Source: an uncultured Verrucomicrobiae bacterium
GTDB taxonomy: Bacteria > Verrucomicrobiota > Verrucomicrobiia > Limisphaerales > JAFGQR01
DNA length: 64,000 nucleotides
NCBI GenBank assembly: GCA_963788655.1
Contig: CAWBHS010000110.1
Location: forward strand, 32,001 to 96,000
Direction: 5' to 3'
In this document: one piece after another, positions 1-9,700 of the stretch
How the letters are laid out: each line of letters starts with the position of its first letter
Numbering within the stretch: the first letter of the stretch is position 1
Program-made: the position numbers and the translations under genes
The notes under the pieces: model-generated
What the model saw: only the letters and a program-made list of their open reading frames with translations
Told to the model about the DNA's origin: nothing
Database searches by the model: none

Positions 1-4
1 TTAT

Positions 5-1363
5 GTGCGGCACGATCGCGCCCTTGCCATTTTCAGAGATTCGAAGTGCATCAACGATTACGGGCGCGGTGACCGAGTGTTTAACCGGGGCGTCGGCTTG
101 GACCGTGCGGCTCGATTGTCGCGCAGCCAAATCCGCGAAGTCAGTATTCGCGAAGCGCCGATGACATCGCGCAGCGGAGCGCGGCGGGAGCAATTGGTCC
201 ATGATGGTTCGCGCTCGCTCCTGGTGCATGACACGTTGCCCCCGTCCGTGAAAGCCGGCGGACAGATTCCCGGCCGAAAGACCTTCTCGCGTGGTTCGAC
301 GGCCGCTTCGATTAATGCTAATGCGACCTCACGCGCCACCCGCGCCGCGCCACCGGCTGCGTCCAGATCCATGGAACGTCAAGGGACGTCGTCCGCTCTC
401 ACCGCGTCGCCTTCGCGCCGCGAACCGGGAACGGCAGAGCGTTCAACACCGCGCGCCCAACCGCGCACGGCTCCCCGCGCCGCCAATGCGACCGTGGCTG
501 AATCCCCATCCGCAGCCGATCGCACCACGCGCGCCGCGCCCTTGACTTCGCCGCGCTCCACAGGCACTGCGCCACCCTCGGCCCGTTTTCGAACCGAGGA
601 TCGATCCTCCCCGACGCGCCAATCCACCCGCAGCGTCGAGGTCAGCCGACCGGCATCGCGCGACAGCGCGCCGCCTCCGACGTTCAGAAATAATCGAGTG
701 CCCGGTCCCCGGAGCGAAGCGCCGGCGTCGCCCACCGCCACGCCGCAGTCACCATCCCGACGGCAACTGATGGAGAGTACCCTGGCGCATCCCGCGCCCA
801 CGACGAGCTTTTCGGCACTCGACCGGTCGCAACCGGTGCAACGGAGTGTCCCCTCGGCCGCGCGGACTTCTCGTTCCTTGAATCCTCCGCCACCGCAGTA
901 CCGCTCGGACATGTATCGCAGCTATGCGGACGCGCCCAGTAGCTCGCGATCGCCCGTGCCCAGCGTACGAAGGGAATCGCCGACCATCAACCGGTCCGTG
1001 CCCTCCGCACCACGGGTAAATACTCGGCAACCGTTTAGCTTCAATTCCTACACGGCGCCGAAGTCGTCCACGCCGAGCTATCGGGCCAGCCCTAGTCCGG
1101 CGCCATCAAGTCGGTCGGTCCAACCCTCCGTGCGTTCATCAAGCCCACCGCGGTCCATCATGCGATCGGCGCCGGCAGTGCGTTCAGCCCCCTCAGTCCG
1201 ATCCGCGCCGGCGGTTCGGTCCGCGCCGTCCAGGCCCTCCTTCCAACGATCTGCGCCCACCCGTTCGGCTCCGGTCACGCGAAGCTCTCCGCCGGCTCGA
1301 AGTTCGCGTTCGTCGTCCCCGGCGCCCAGTCAGCGTTCCTCCCGTTCCGGGCGCGAGCGGTAG
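5..1363 (+). CDS. C-terminal part of a protein with a long Ser/Arg/Pro/Ala-rich low-complexity tail (5' end lies outside the window)
   Basis: Frame is open from the window edge; strongly S/R/P/A-biased with SAPAVR/SAPSVR repeats; stop TAG 1361-1363. Confidence 0.7.
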   Translation: MRHDRALAIFRDSKCINDYGRGDRVFNRGVGLDRAARLSRSQIREVSIREAPMTSRSGARREQLVHDGSRSLLVHDTLPPSVKAGGQIPGRKTFSRGSTAASINANATSRATRAAPPAASRSMERQGTSSALTASPSRREPGTAERSTPRAQPRTAPRAANATVAESPSAADRTTRAAPLTSPRSTGTAPPSARFRTEDRSSPTRQSTRSVEVSRPASRDSAPPPTFRNNRVPGPRSEAPASPTATPQSPSRRQLMESTLAHPAPTTSFSALDRSQPVQRSVPSAARTSRSLNPPPPQYRSDMYRSYADAPSSSRSPVPSVRRESPTINRSVPSAPRVNTRQPFSFNSYTAPKSSTPSYRASPSPAPSSRSVQPSVRSSSPPRSIMRSAPAVRSAPSVRSAPAVRSAPSRPSFQRSAPTRSAPVTRSSPPARSSRSSSPAPSQRSSRSGRER

Positions 1364-1406
1364 GATGGCCTTAAATCCATAACCCTAAAACGCAGGTGGT
1401 AGTTTT

Positions 1407-2399
1407 GTGAGCATGATTTCATTTGTCTTCAATAATCGCGGGCGCTGGCAAGTCGGATGCACCGTGGCGGCTTGGTGGCTAATGGCCCATTTCGCCACCG
1501 CTGCCACTCCCACCGTGCTTTACCAGACCAGCTTTGAAGCAGAACAAGGATATTCCGCCGGGGAAGCCTTGGAAGGGCAGGACGAATGGGTCGGCTGGGG
1601 GGAGGACCAGTATGTAGGGGAAAATGGTATTACGACCGGAGTGTTTTCCGACTTTGGCCAACAGGCCTATATCGGCGGTTCGTTGGACGCGATTGGCACC
1701 AATTACTATTATGTATTACGTCCATTGGGTTTCGAATCGGTGCCCGCAGAATACAGTTCGCTTCACTTCTCGGGTACTGATGAGCATTTCTGACTCGTCG
1801 AATGGCTATTGGGATGACTTTCACTGGGGCGTATATAACGTCGATGATGAATTTCTCTTCGAGCCTGGATTTCGACAATTATTACTTGGGAGATTTACTA
1901 TTGGCTGCAAGATGCCACGGAGGGAGTGTATACCGGGCGTCACCTTCACCAACGACGTGATTTACCAACTCCAGATTACGATGGACTTTACCCAAAACCG
2001 CTGGAGTGCCACTCTTGACGATCAATTGTTGGCGACCAATCAACCGATCACCACCGGGAGTTCTGCCTTGAACCTGGCGGACATCGATGCCGGCTGGGAG
2101 GTGATATGATCAAGGATTCCCCGGACGATAACGTCATGTACTTTGATGATTACCAAGTGCTTGGTGAATCCATTATTCCTCCAGTTTTCTCCAACGTGAG
2201 CAAGTCGCCGCAAGGTAATTTTGAAGCCCAAGTGACCGGGCAACCGGGACGGAATTATGCGATCGAGATTACTCAAGATTTCCAGAGTTGGACCCCAATC
2301 GCGACCAACACCGCTAATGTCCACGGGACCTTTGACTTTGTGGACCGCACCACCATCAATACAAGTAGCCGCTTGTATCGGGCCCGGTTATTGCCCTGA
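1407..2399 (+). CDS. Secreted hypothetical protein (lectin-like beta domain plus terminal module), split by frameshifts
   Basis: ORFs 1407-1793, 1624-2109 and 2106-2399 join into a signal-like N-terminus, LYQTSFE...GQDEW, and an end in YAIEITQDFQSW...RLYRARLLP. Confidence 0.6.
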
Positions 2400-2525
2400 C
2401 CCAACTTGTTCATCACCCCACTTGAATTCCTCCCCGGAGCAAGAAACTTGCGTTGCCCGGTTGGGTCGTTACCATGCTCCCCGCACATTGAAACTCAACA
2501 AACGGAAACGGAAACAGAGCAACCT

Positions 2526-3041
2526 ATGATGATCAGCAACGATATGAACGCCGCGATCAACCAGCAGATCGGGGCCGAATTTGGGGCCAGTTTGCAATAT
2601 GTGGCGATGGCATCCTACTTCCAGGTGGAAAGCTATCCGGTCCTGGCCGCCCATTTTTTCAAACAGAGCGCGGAAGAGCGCGATCATGCCATGCGGTTCG
2701 TGCGCTACGTGTTGGACGCCGGCGGGCACATTCAAATCCCCGACATTCCGGCCCCCAAGAACGATTTCAAGAGCGCCGATGAAGCCGTGGCGCTGGCGCT
2801 CGATTGGGAAAAGAATGTCACCACCATGATCAATAATTTGGTCGGCCTGGCCATCAAGGAAACGGATTACCTGACGCAAAACATGCTCGGCTGGTTCGTC
2901 AACGAACAGCTCGAGGAAGTGTCGAGCATGGACAACCTGTTGAAACTGGTGCGGCGCGCCGGCGAAAAGAACCTGTTCTACGTGGAGAACTATTTGTCCC
3001 ACCAATCCCCGGCCCCGGCTCCCGGCGCTGGCCCAGGCTGA
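2526..3041 (+). CDS. ftnA: Non-heme ferritin
   Basis: INQQIGAEFGASLQY, EERDHAMRF, WFVNEQLEE ferroxidase pattern; ATG at 2526. Confidence 0.9.
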   Translation: MMISNDMNAAINQQIGAEFGASLQYVAMASYFQVESYPVLAAHFFKQSAEERDHAMRFVRYVLDAGGHIQIPDIPAPKNDFKSADEAVALALDWEKNVTTMINNLVGLAIKETDYLTQNMLGWFVNEQLEEVSSMDNLLKLVRRAGEKNLFYVENYLSHQSPAPAPGAGPG

Positions 3042-3067
3042 ACCCCGCCCAATGTCCTTCGCGTTCC

Positions 3068-3676
3068 GTGGGCATTTCACCGCGCCAGTTTGAAGCATTG
3101 CAGCAACGCCTGCGGGGCGCCAAGGCCACCGGGAGAACTGCCCGGAAGCCCCCGTCCACTTCGTCCCCGGCGCGGCATCGGATTATCCTGGGGGTTGATC
3201 CCTCGTTGCGCGGTACCGGCTACGGCATTATTCAGTTGGCCAAACCTTCGCCCACCGTGCTGGGGGAAGGCACGATCCGTTGTCCGGCCAACTGGGAGCG
3301 GTCCCGCTGTCTGCTGAAGATTGCCGAAACCCTTCGGGAAATCCTCCGGCAGCACCAGCCGACAGTGTGCGTCATCGAAGGATTGTTCTACGCCCAAAAC
3401 CTGCAGACCGCCCTGATCATGGGCGAGGCGCGCGGGGCGAGCCTGGTGGCGGTGGCCGAAGCGGGCCTGGACATTTTTGAGATCGCCCCGCGCAAAGTCA
3501 AACAAGCCATTGTTGGCTACGGCGCCGCCCAAAAACTGGCGGTTGCCAAGATGGTGCAACGTCTGTTGAGCATGGAGAAAATACCTCAGCCCGACGCGGC
3601 GGACGCCTTGGCCTTGGCCCTGACCTACGCGCAAGAAACCGGCCGTTACGCGCTGCCCGCACTCAAAAAGATTTGA
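3068..3676 (+). CDS. ruvC: Holliday junction resolvase RuvC
   Basis: ILGVDPSLRGTGYG, VIEGLF, KVKQAIVGYGAAQK, DAADALA motifs; adjacent to ruvA. Confidence 0.93.
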   Translation: MGISPRQFEALQQRLRGAKATGRTARKPPSTSSPARHRIILGVDPSLRGTGYGIIQLAKPSPTVLGEGTIRCPANWERSRCLLKIAETLREILRQHQPTVCVIEGLFYAQNLQTALIMGEARGASLVAVAEAGLDIFEIAPRKVKQAIVGYGAAQKLAVAKMVQRLLSMEKIPQPDAADALALALTYAQETGRYALPALKKI

Positions 3677-3778
3677 GCGCCGGAGCCGCGCTTTTTCCGA
3701 ATTGTTCCCGCTCCCGCTTGCCCCGTCGTTGCACATTTTGCATGGCAACTCATTTCCGACCGTGGATAATACCCGGCG

Positions 3779-4387
3779 ATGATCAGCTTTTTGCACGGTC
3801 AATTGGTCGAAGCGTTGCCTACGCAAGTCACGGTGGAAGTCCACGGCGTGGGCTACGACGTGTTGATCCCGCTTTCCTCGTTCGACAAGCTGCCGGCGCC
3901 GGGCACCGAAATCAAATTGCTGACCCATCTGAGTGTGCGCGAAGACGCCCACGTTCTTTACGGCTTCATGACCACCGCCGAACGGGAGCTCTTTCGCCTG
4001 CTCATCAACGCCGTCAGCGGTATTGGCCCCAAGCTCGCCCTGAACGTCCTGAGCGGCATGAACCCGACCGCCTTCCGCGGTGCCGTGGCGCGTGGCGATG
4101 TCAAAGCGCTTTCGCAAATCTCCGGTGTGGGCAAGAAGACCGCCGAACGGATTGTCGTCGAGCTCAAAGACAAGATCGGCGTGGTCGGTGCCTGGGAAGC
4201 GTCCAGTGCCGAGCGCGGCTTGTCGGCCGAAGACCAAAAACTCAATGACGCCGTGCTGGCTTTGATGGCGCTGGGCTTCAAACAGATTGAGGCCCATGAC
4301 GCCGTCCGCGGCGCCCAGGCCTTGCTGGGATCCCAGGCCACCATCGAAGACTTGGTGCGGTCGTGTTTGAAGAAAGGCGGCGGATGA
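3779..4387 (+). CDS. ruvA: Holliday junction branch migration protein RuvA
   Basis: MISFLHG, VGYDV, VREDAHVLYGF, VSGIGPKLAL, GVGKKTAERIVVELKDK. Confidence 0.96.
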   Translation: MISFLHGQLVEALPTQVTVEVHGVGYDVLIPLSSFDKLPAPGTEIKLLTHLSVREDAHVLYGFMTTAERELFRLLINAVSGIGPKLALNVLSGMNPTAFRGAVARGDVKALSQISGVGKKTAERIVVELKDKIGVVGAWEASSAERGLSAEDQKLNDAVLALMALGFKQIEAHDAVRGAQALLGSQATIEDLVRSCLKKGGG

Positions 4388-5094
4388 CTGTGGAGCCCGC
4401 CTCGCCTCCACCTCGACCCGCGCGCCGAAGCAGCATTGTGGTGCCGCACAAGCTCAACTGGCAAAAGCGGGTGACAGCTTCGTTCGCCTATTACCTGATG
4501 CGCCTCGTCGCTGCCACGTTGCGGTACGAATGGAATTATCATCCCGCGGTTTTTGAACGACAGTCCAGCCCGGCGATTTTTTGTATCTGGCACAATCGGC
4601 TGGCAATAGCCCTGACCATTTACCGTGATTACGTACGCCGCCGCCGAGGCCCGTACCAAATGGCCGCCATGGTCAGCGCCAGCAAGGATGGCGCAATCGT
4701 GGCCCGAATTCTGGAGCACTTCCACGTGGTACCCGTGCGGGGTTCCTCCAGCCGCCGCGGCCCGCAAGCGTTGTTGGAAATGACCACCTGGGCCGAACGT
4801 GGATATGACCTATCCTTCACGCCCGACGGCCCGCGAGGTCCGCGTTACCAGGTGCAGGATGGAGTGATTTACCTCGCCCAGTTGACAGGGCGGCCGGTCA
4901 TTCCCGTTTCGTGTTACACGCATTGGAAGAAATGCGCGCCCAGTTGGGACGGATTCCAAATTCCGCTGCCGCTGAGCCGGGTCGAGGTCCGGTTGGGCGA
5001 ACCGATGCACTTATCGCGAGCAGCCACCGACCGCGACCGCGAGGCGTTCCGTCAGCAGCTCGAGCAAACGCTGAAACAGCTCGGGAGGGATTGA
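4384..5094 (+). CDS. Lysophospholipid acyltransferase family (DUF374) protein
   Basis: WHNRL, SASKDG, VRGSSSRRG, TPDGPRGP, WDGFQIPLP; overlaps ruvA stop (ATGA). Confidence 0.85.
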   Translation: MTVEPASPPPRPARRSSIVVPHKLNWQKRVTASFAYYLMRLVAATLRYEWNYHPAVFERQSSPAIFCIWHNRLAIALTIYRDYVRRRRGPYQMAAMVSASKDGAIVARILEHFHVVPVRGSSSRRGPQALLEMTTWAERGYDLSFTPDGPRGPRYQVQDGVIYLAQLTGRPVIPVSCYTHWKKCAPSWDGFQIPLPLSRVEVRLGEPMHLSRAATDRDREAFRQQLEQTLKQLGRD

Positions 5095-5298
5095 GCCCCA
5101 CAGTGCCGCTTTGACGCATAGCACCAAGAACTTAGGCTTGACGCGAGGGACCGCGGCGTGCCATGCTGGTGACGTTCCCGGGTTTTTGGGAAATGCGCAG
5201 TTTCTTCTTTTCTATTGTCATTGGATTGAAGGTTTGGAGGACAGGAAGTCCCGACGGACAAGCAAATGGTCAGGCCGCCCCTGCAGAAGAGAGTGCTG

Positions 5299-6391
5299 AT
5301 GTCGAAACAACCCCATTCAACGCCAATTGCGCGCTGCAAAACGAGCGCTGCGAGTTCGCGGCGGACCATTTGTGTGCCGCCCGCCAAGCTGTCCATTAAA
5401 CCATTCCTCACCACCCCAACCCTGATCGCAGAATATCGAAAGCTGACGCGCGACCGTCTGGCCGCTTTTCCCGCGCTCTTCAACCGACTCACGGGCCTCA
5501 AATGTTCGCTGGCATGGGCACCGGCCTGGCCGTATCCCTGGAGCGCACAGGACTTGCCTACGCGCTCACCATGGTGCCGGCAGTTAACCGCCGGGAACGC
5601 CAAGGTTCTGGCGCACTGCCGCCGCTGCCGCACCCAACATCTGGCGACAACCCTGCGCTCCGGAGCCGCGGGCCACCGGTTCACTTGCCCTTACGGCGTC
5701 CACAATTTCTGGTTTCCGGTCACCATCGGCAGTTGCTTGGTCGGCCTTGCGTCCGTCCAGGCACGGGATCATGCTTGGTCCCAAGGGATGCCGCTCGCTG
5801 CCATGGGGGGAGCAGCAGGGCTCGATCGCTCGAAATTCGAACAGGCCGCCAAACTGTTACGGCTTATTTTCCAGCACGTGCAAACCTTGGTGGTTGCGGA
5901 TTTGAAGGAGTTGGGCCTGACCAAGACGCATCAGGCGTTGGCGGAGTTGCCGGCCGTTTCGACGCAAATTCGCGTCGAACTCGATGCTCTCCGGCCGGCG
6001 TTTCACATAACGCCTCCCGGGCTCCGGTCTGCGACCAATGCCGAACGAATGGTCAAAGCCGGTACTGGGGCGTGTCTATCAAGATTATGCACAGCCGCTC
6101 ACGCTCAAGCAATTCGCGGTGGACGCGGATTTGAACGCCGCGTATTTGTCGGCACTGTTTTCGTGCATCATTGGGATGCCGTTTAAAGTCTTGCTCACCC
6201 GGGTCCGGATGGAGAAAGCCATGGAACTGCTCAGCGATCCGCAGAAAACCCTGACCTCCGTCGCCCTTGCCGTCGGCTACTCCAGCGAGAATCGTTTTCG
6301 GCTGGTCTTCCGCAAATTCACCGGGCTCTCGCCCAAAGTGTGGCGCGAGACGCAGCGGAGAGAGCCGCCCGATCAGCCCGGTTCGATTTGA
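5299..6391 (+). CDS. AraC-family regulator with PocR-like sensor domain (frameshift near 6060)
   Basis: Cys-rich PocR-like segment (PWCRQL...HCRRC...FTCPYG...PVTIG) and, in the next frame, AraC HTH (YLSALF...RMEKAMELL...VGYSSENRFRLVFRKFTGLSP). Confidence 0.8.
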
Positions 6392-6778
6392 CGTTCCCTG
6401 TTTTGGGTGGCCCACAGACTTCCCGTTGTCCCTGTTGGGTGCCGGTTCGAACTTTTGCGTCCTTCCTCTCTGTTTCCGCGCTCAAATCCAAACAAACGAC
6501 TAGTTTTCCAAACTATCGCCCGTTGCGCCGGAAGGTTTGAGCATGGAAGAGTCTGCCTGTGAATCCTCTTATTCCGCGGAAGCGTCCGAAGGCGCGTTGC
6601 CCTCTGAAGCTAGCCGTATGGTCGAGATGCCATCTGGACAACTCAACTCCAGCGGTGGCAATGGAACAGCAAATCAGAAGGCGGGGCGGCCAATCCTCTT
6701 CTTCACTGCAAAGAAGTACTCCCGGCGTCCTTTCGCCCGGCGCTTTACTTTCGAACCCAATCCCATCCTAGCAATTCT

Positions 6779-9700
6779 ATGAAACCAACAATCCTCAAAC
6801 GTTTGGCGCTGTCCGCTTTACTTGCCATGCTGCTTTCCGCGACCGGCTCCGGCCTGCGTGCAGCTACCATCACTGTGTCCAGCGCCGCCGACAGCGGGCC
6901 CGGATCGCTGCGGGCCGCGATTGCCAGCGCGGTGGCTGGCGACACGATTGTCTGTGCCGTTACCGAGCCGGTCATCGTGAGCACGGTGGGCGACAACACG
7001 TATGGCCCTTCCGCGTTCGCAGTCACCAAAACGCTGACCATTGAAGGCGAGGGCGCCACCATCCAACGGGATGCGGGCGTGGCGAACTTGCGCCTGTTCT
7101 ATGTGAGCGCCAATGGGAATCTCACGTTGCGGAATGTAACGTTGCGGGATGGTCGGGCTCAAGGCGGCAAGGGTGGTGACTTCTATCAACGGGGTGGCGG
7201 AGGTAGGAGGAGCGGCTGGCCTGGGTGGGGCCATCTTTAACCGGGGCACTCTGGCATTGGAGAACTCCACACTCGACGCCAATAGAGCGACCGGCGGAAA
7301 CGGTGGCACAAGTGCCGGCGTGGGTGGTATCGGCGGCGGAGGTGGCGGGGGTGGATTATCCTGTAGTGGCGGCACCCAGACGGAGCCCTACGAAAGCTAC
7401 CGTGGTGGGAATGGCGGCGGGCCGAACGGCGGCGCAGCAAGCCCCGACGCGGGCGGCGCGGGCGGCATCGGCGGTGGCGGTGCGGGTGGATATACGCATG
7501 GGTACGCAGGAGGAGCAGGAGGGTTTGGCGGGGGTGGCGGTGGTGGAGGAGGCTATGGCACAGGCTCGGGTGGCAGAGGAGGATTTGGGGCGGGCGGCGG
7601 CGGGGCTGGTGGTGGTTCCGCTGACGGCGCGGTACCGGGGGTTGGCGGCTTTGGCGGCGGTAGCGGCGCTCTGGGTGAAAACGGCGGTAATATCGGTGGT
7701 CCCGGCGGCGGTGGCGCGGGTTTAGGCGGCGCTGTTTTCAATGACGCTGGAACGCTGACAATCATCAACAGCACCATCTCCGGCAATACGGTCCAAGGAG
7801 GCAACGGAGGCGTAAATCTCAACACTGCGGGCGCCGGTGCTGGTTTCGGGGCGGGCGTCTTTAACCGTGATGGCACGGTCACGATCCTGAATAGCACGTT
7901 CGCGAACAACACGGTGGCCGCCGGCACCGGGGGTGCGCCGACCCAAAACGGAGGTGCGATCTACAACCTCCGCCAATCCGCCGCTGGAAACTTGGTGCTG
8001 AACAATTCGATCTTGGCCAACAGCTTCGGCGGCAACGATGTCTTCAATAACAGCGGTACGGTCACCGGCGATTCCAACTTGGTTGAAACCAGTAGCGGTT
8101 TGCCGGGCGGAGTGGTGGGCCTGACCAGTGATCCCGCGCTCGGTCCGTTGCAGAACAACAGCGGACCATCGTTCACGCATGCGCTCTTGCCCGGCAGTCC
8201 CGCCATTGATGCCGGCAACGACTCAGCCTGCTCTGACTCCGACCAGCGCGGCATCCCCCGGCCCCGGGACGGCGACGCGGATGGCATTGCCCACTGCGAT
8301 CTCGGGGCTTATGAGGCAGGCTCGGTACAACCCCCGGTCGTCGTCACGGCGGCGGCCGGTGCGATCACCACCAACACCGCCACGCTGAACGGCACGGTCA
8401 ATCCCGGCAGCCTGCCCACCGCCGTCTGGTTCGAGTGGGGCGCGACCACCAGCTACGGCAAAGCGACAACCGTCACCGACATGGGCAGCGGGAATATGCC
8501 GATGCCCATCGCTTTCACCCTGACCGGTTTGACGCCGGGTGCCACCTGCCACTATCGTGCCATCGCCAGCAACAGCCTCGGCGTGGTTCGCGGTTTGGAT
8601 AACAGCTTCCGAGTCTTGCCGAACGCGATGACGCTGACACTGGACGCCATTCCCGACCAGGCTGTCTGGTCGGGCGGCACCAATGAATTCCTCGTGCATT
8701 GGACGGGGATCACGCCGGTAACCTTCACCATCGAGGCCTTCCCGCCACCCAGCGGTAACCTTTCATTGGTGGCTAGATCGGCAAACGACTGGTTCTTCCA
8801 GTATGTTCCGGCTCTTGCAGACAAGGCTCCTTTCACGGTGACGATCACCGCGTCAGCCAGCGGGCAGATTGTTTCGCAGTCTTTTCTTCTCACTCCCCAG
8901 CTCAATCTTCCGCCGGAACAGACCGTTTTTGGGATGGACAGGCATACCCAGCCGGTGGCCGTTACAACTTATGGGATGACGATCTTTGACCGGGAGAGCC
9001 TCCAGCCCGAGCCGTTGAATTATCAAACCGGCACCGTACACAGTGTTCGCATCATTGGCGAGACGGTGGAAATCCAGGCGGGGCATGCCAACGGCCTTTA
9101 CGGGGCGTACTTCAATTCGGACGAAATTCTTGCCCGCCGCGACATCAAGGAGATGGAGATCATCGCCGACCGATTGATCATCCGCAGCCCCGTGCGCCTG
9201 AAACAGACCGACGTGACCATTTACGCGCGGGAATTGCGCTTTGAAGGAGACGGGCGAATCATAACGAGGCCGGAGGAGATCACGACTTCACCGGGAAGCG
9301 ACAACACCGGGGGACTGCTCGGCAAGGATGGATTGAAGGCGGGGAATGTGACCCTGCACATCGGCGCACTGTCATCAGATGCCCTCGGGCTGAGGTTCGA
9401 CCTCACGGGCGGCAGCGGCCAGCAGGGGGGGCCTGGGGAAAACGGCGCCGATGGTTATGATAATCCAAACGGCTGGACGAGCGTTGTTTGCCATGATTAT
9501 ACATATTACTATCCGCCACAAGGCTATCTGGTTATTTACGCTTACGGCAGTTGCGAAGGAGGGATTGACAAGTGGCCTGGCAATGGCACTGATGCGAAGC
9601 CTTCCGGCAAGCCCGGTGAAGGCGGATTCGGCGGCAACATCATTTCCAGTTCCGATGCCGTTGGTTTCTTTGCCAATACGGGTGGGGCCAGCGGCTCGCT

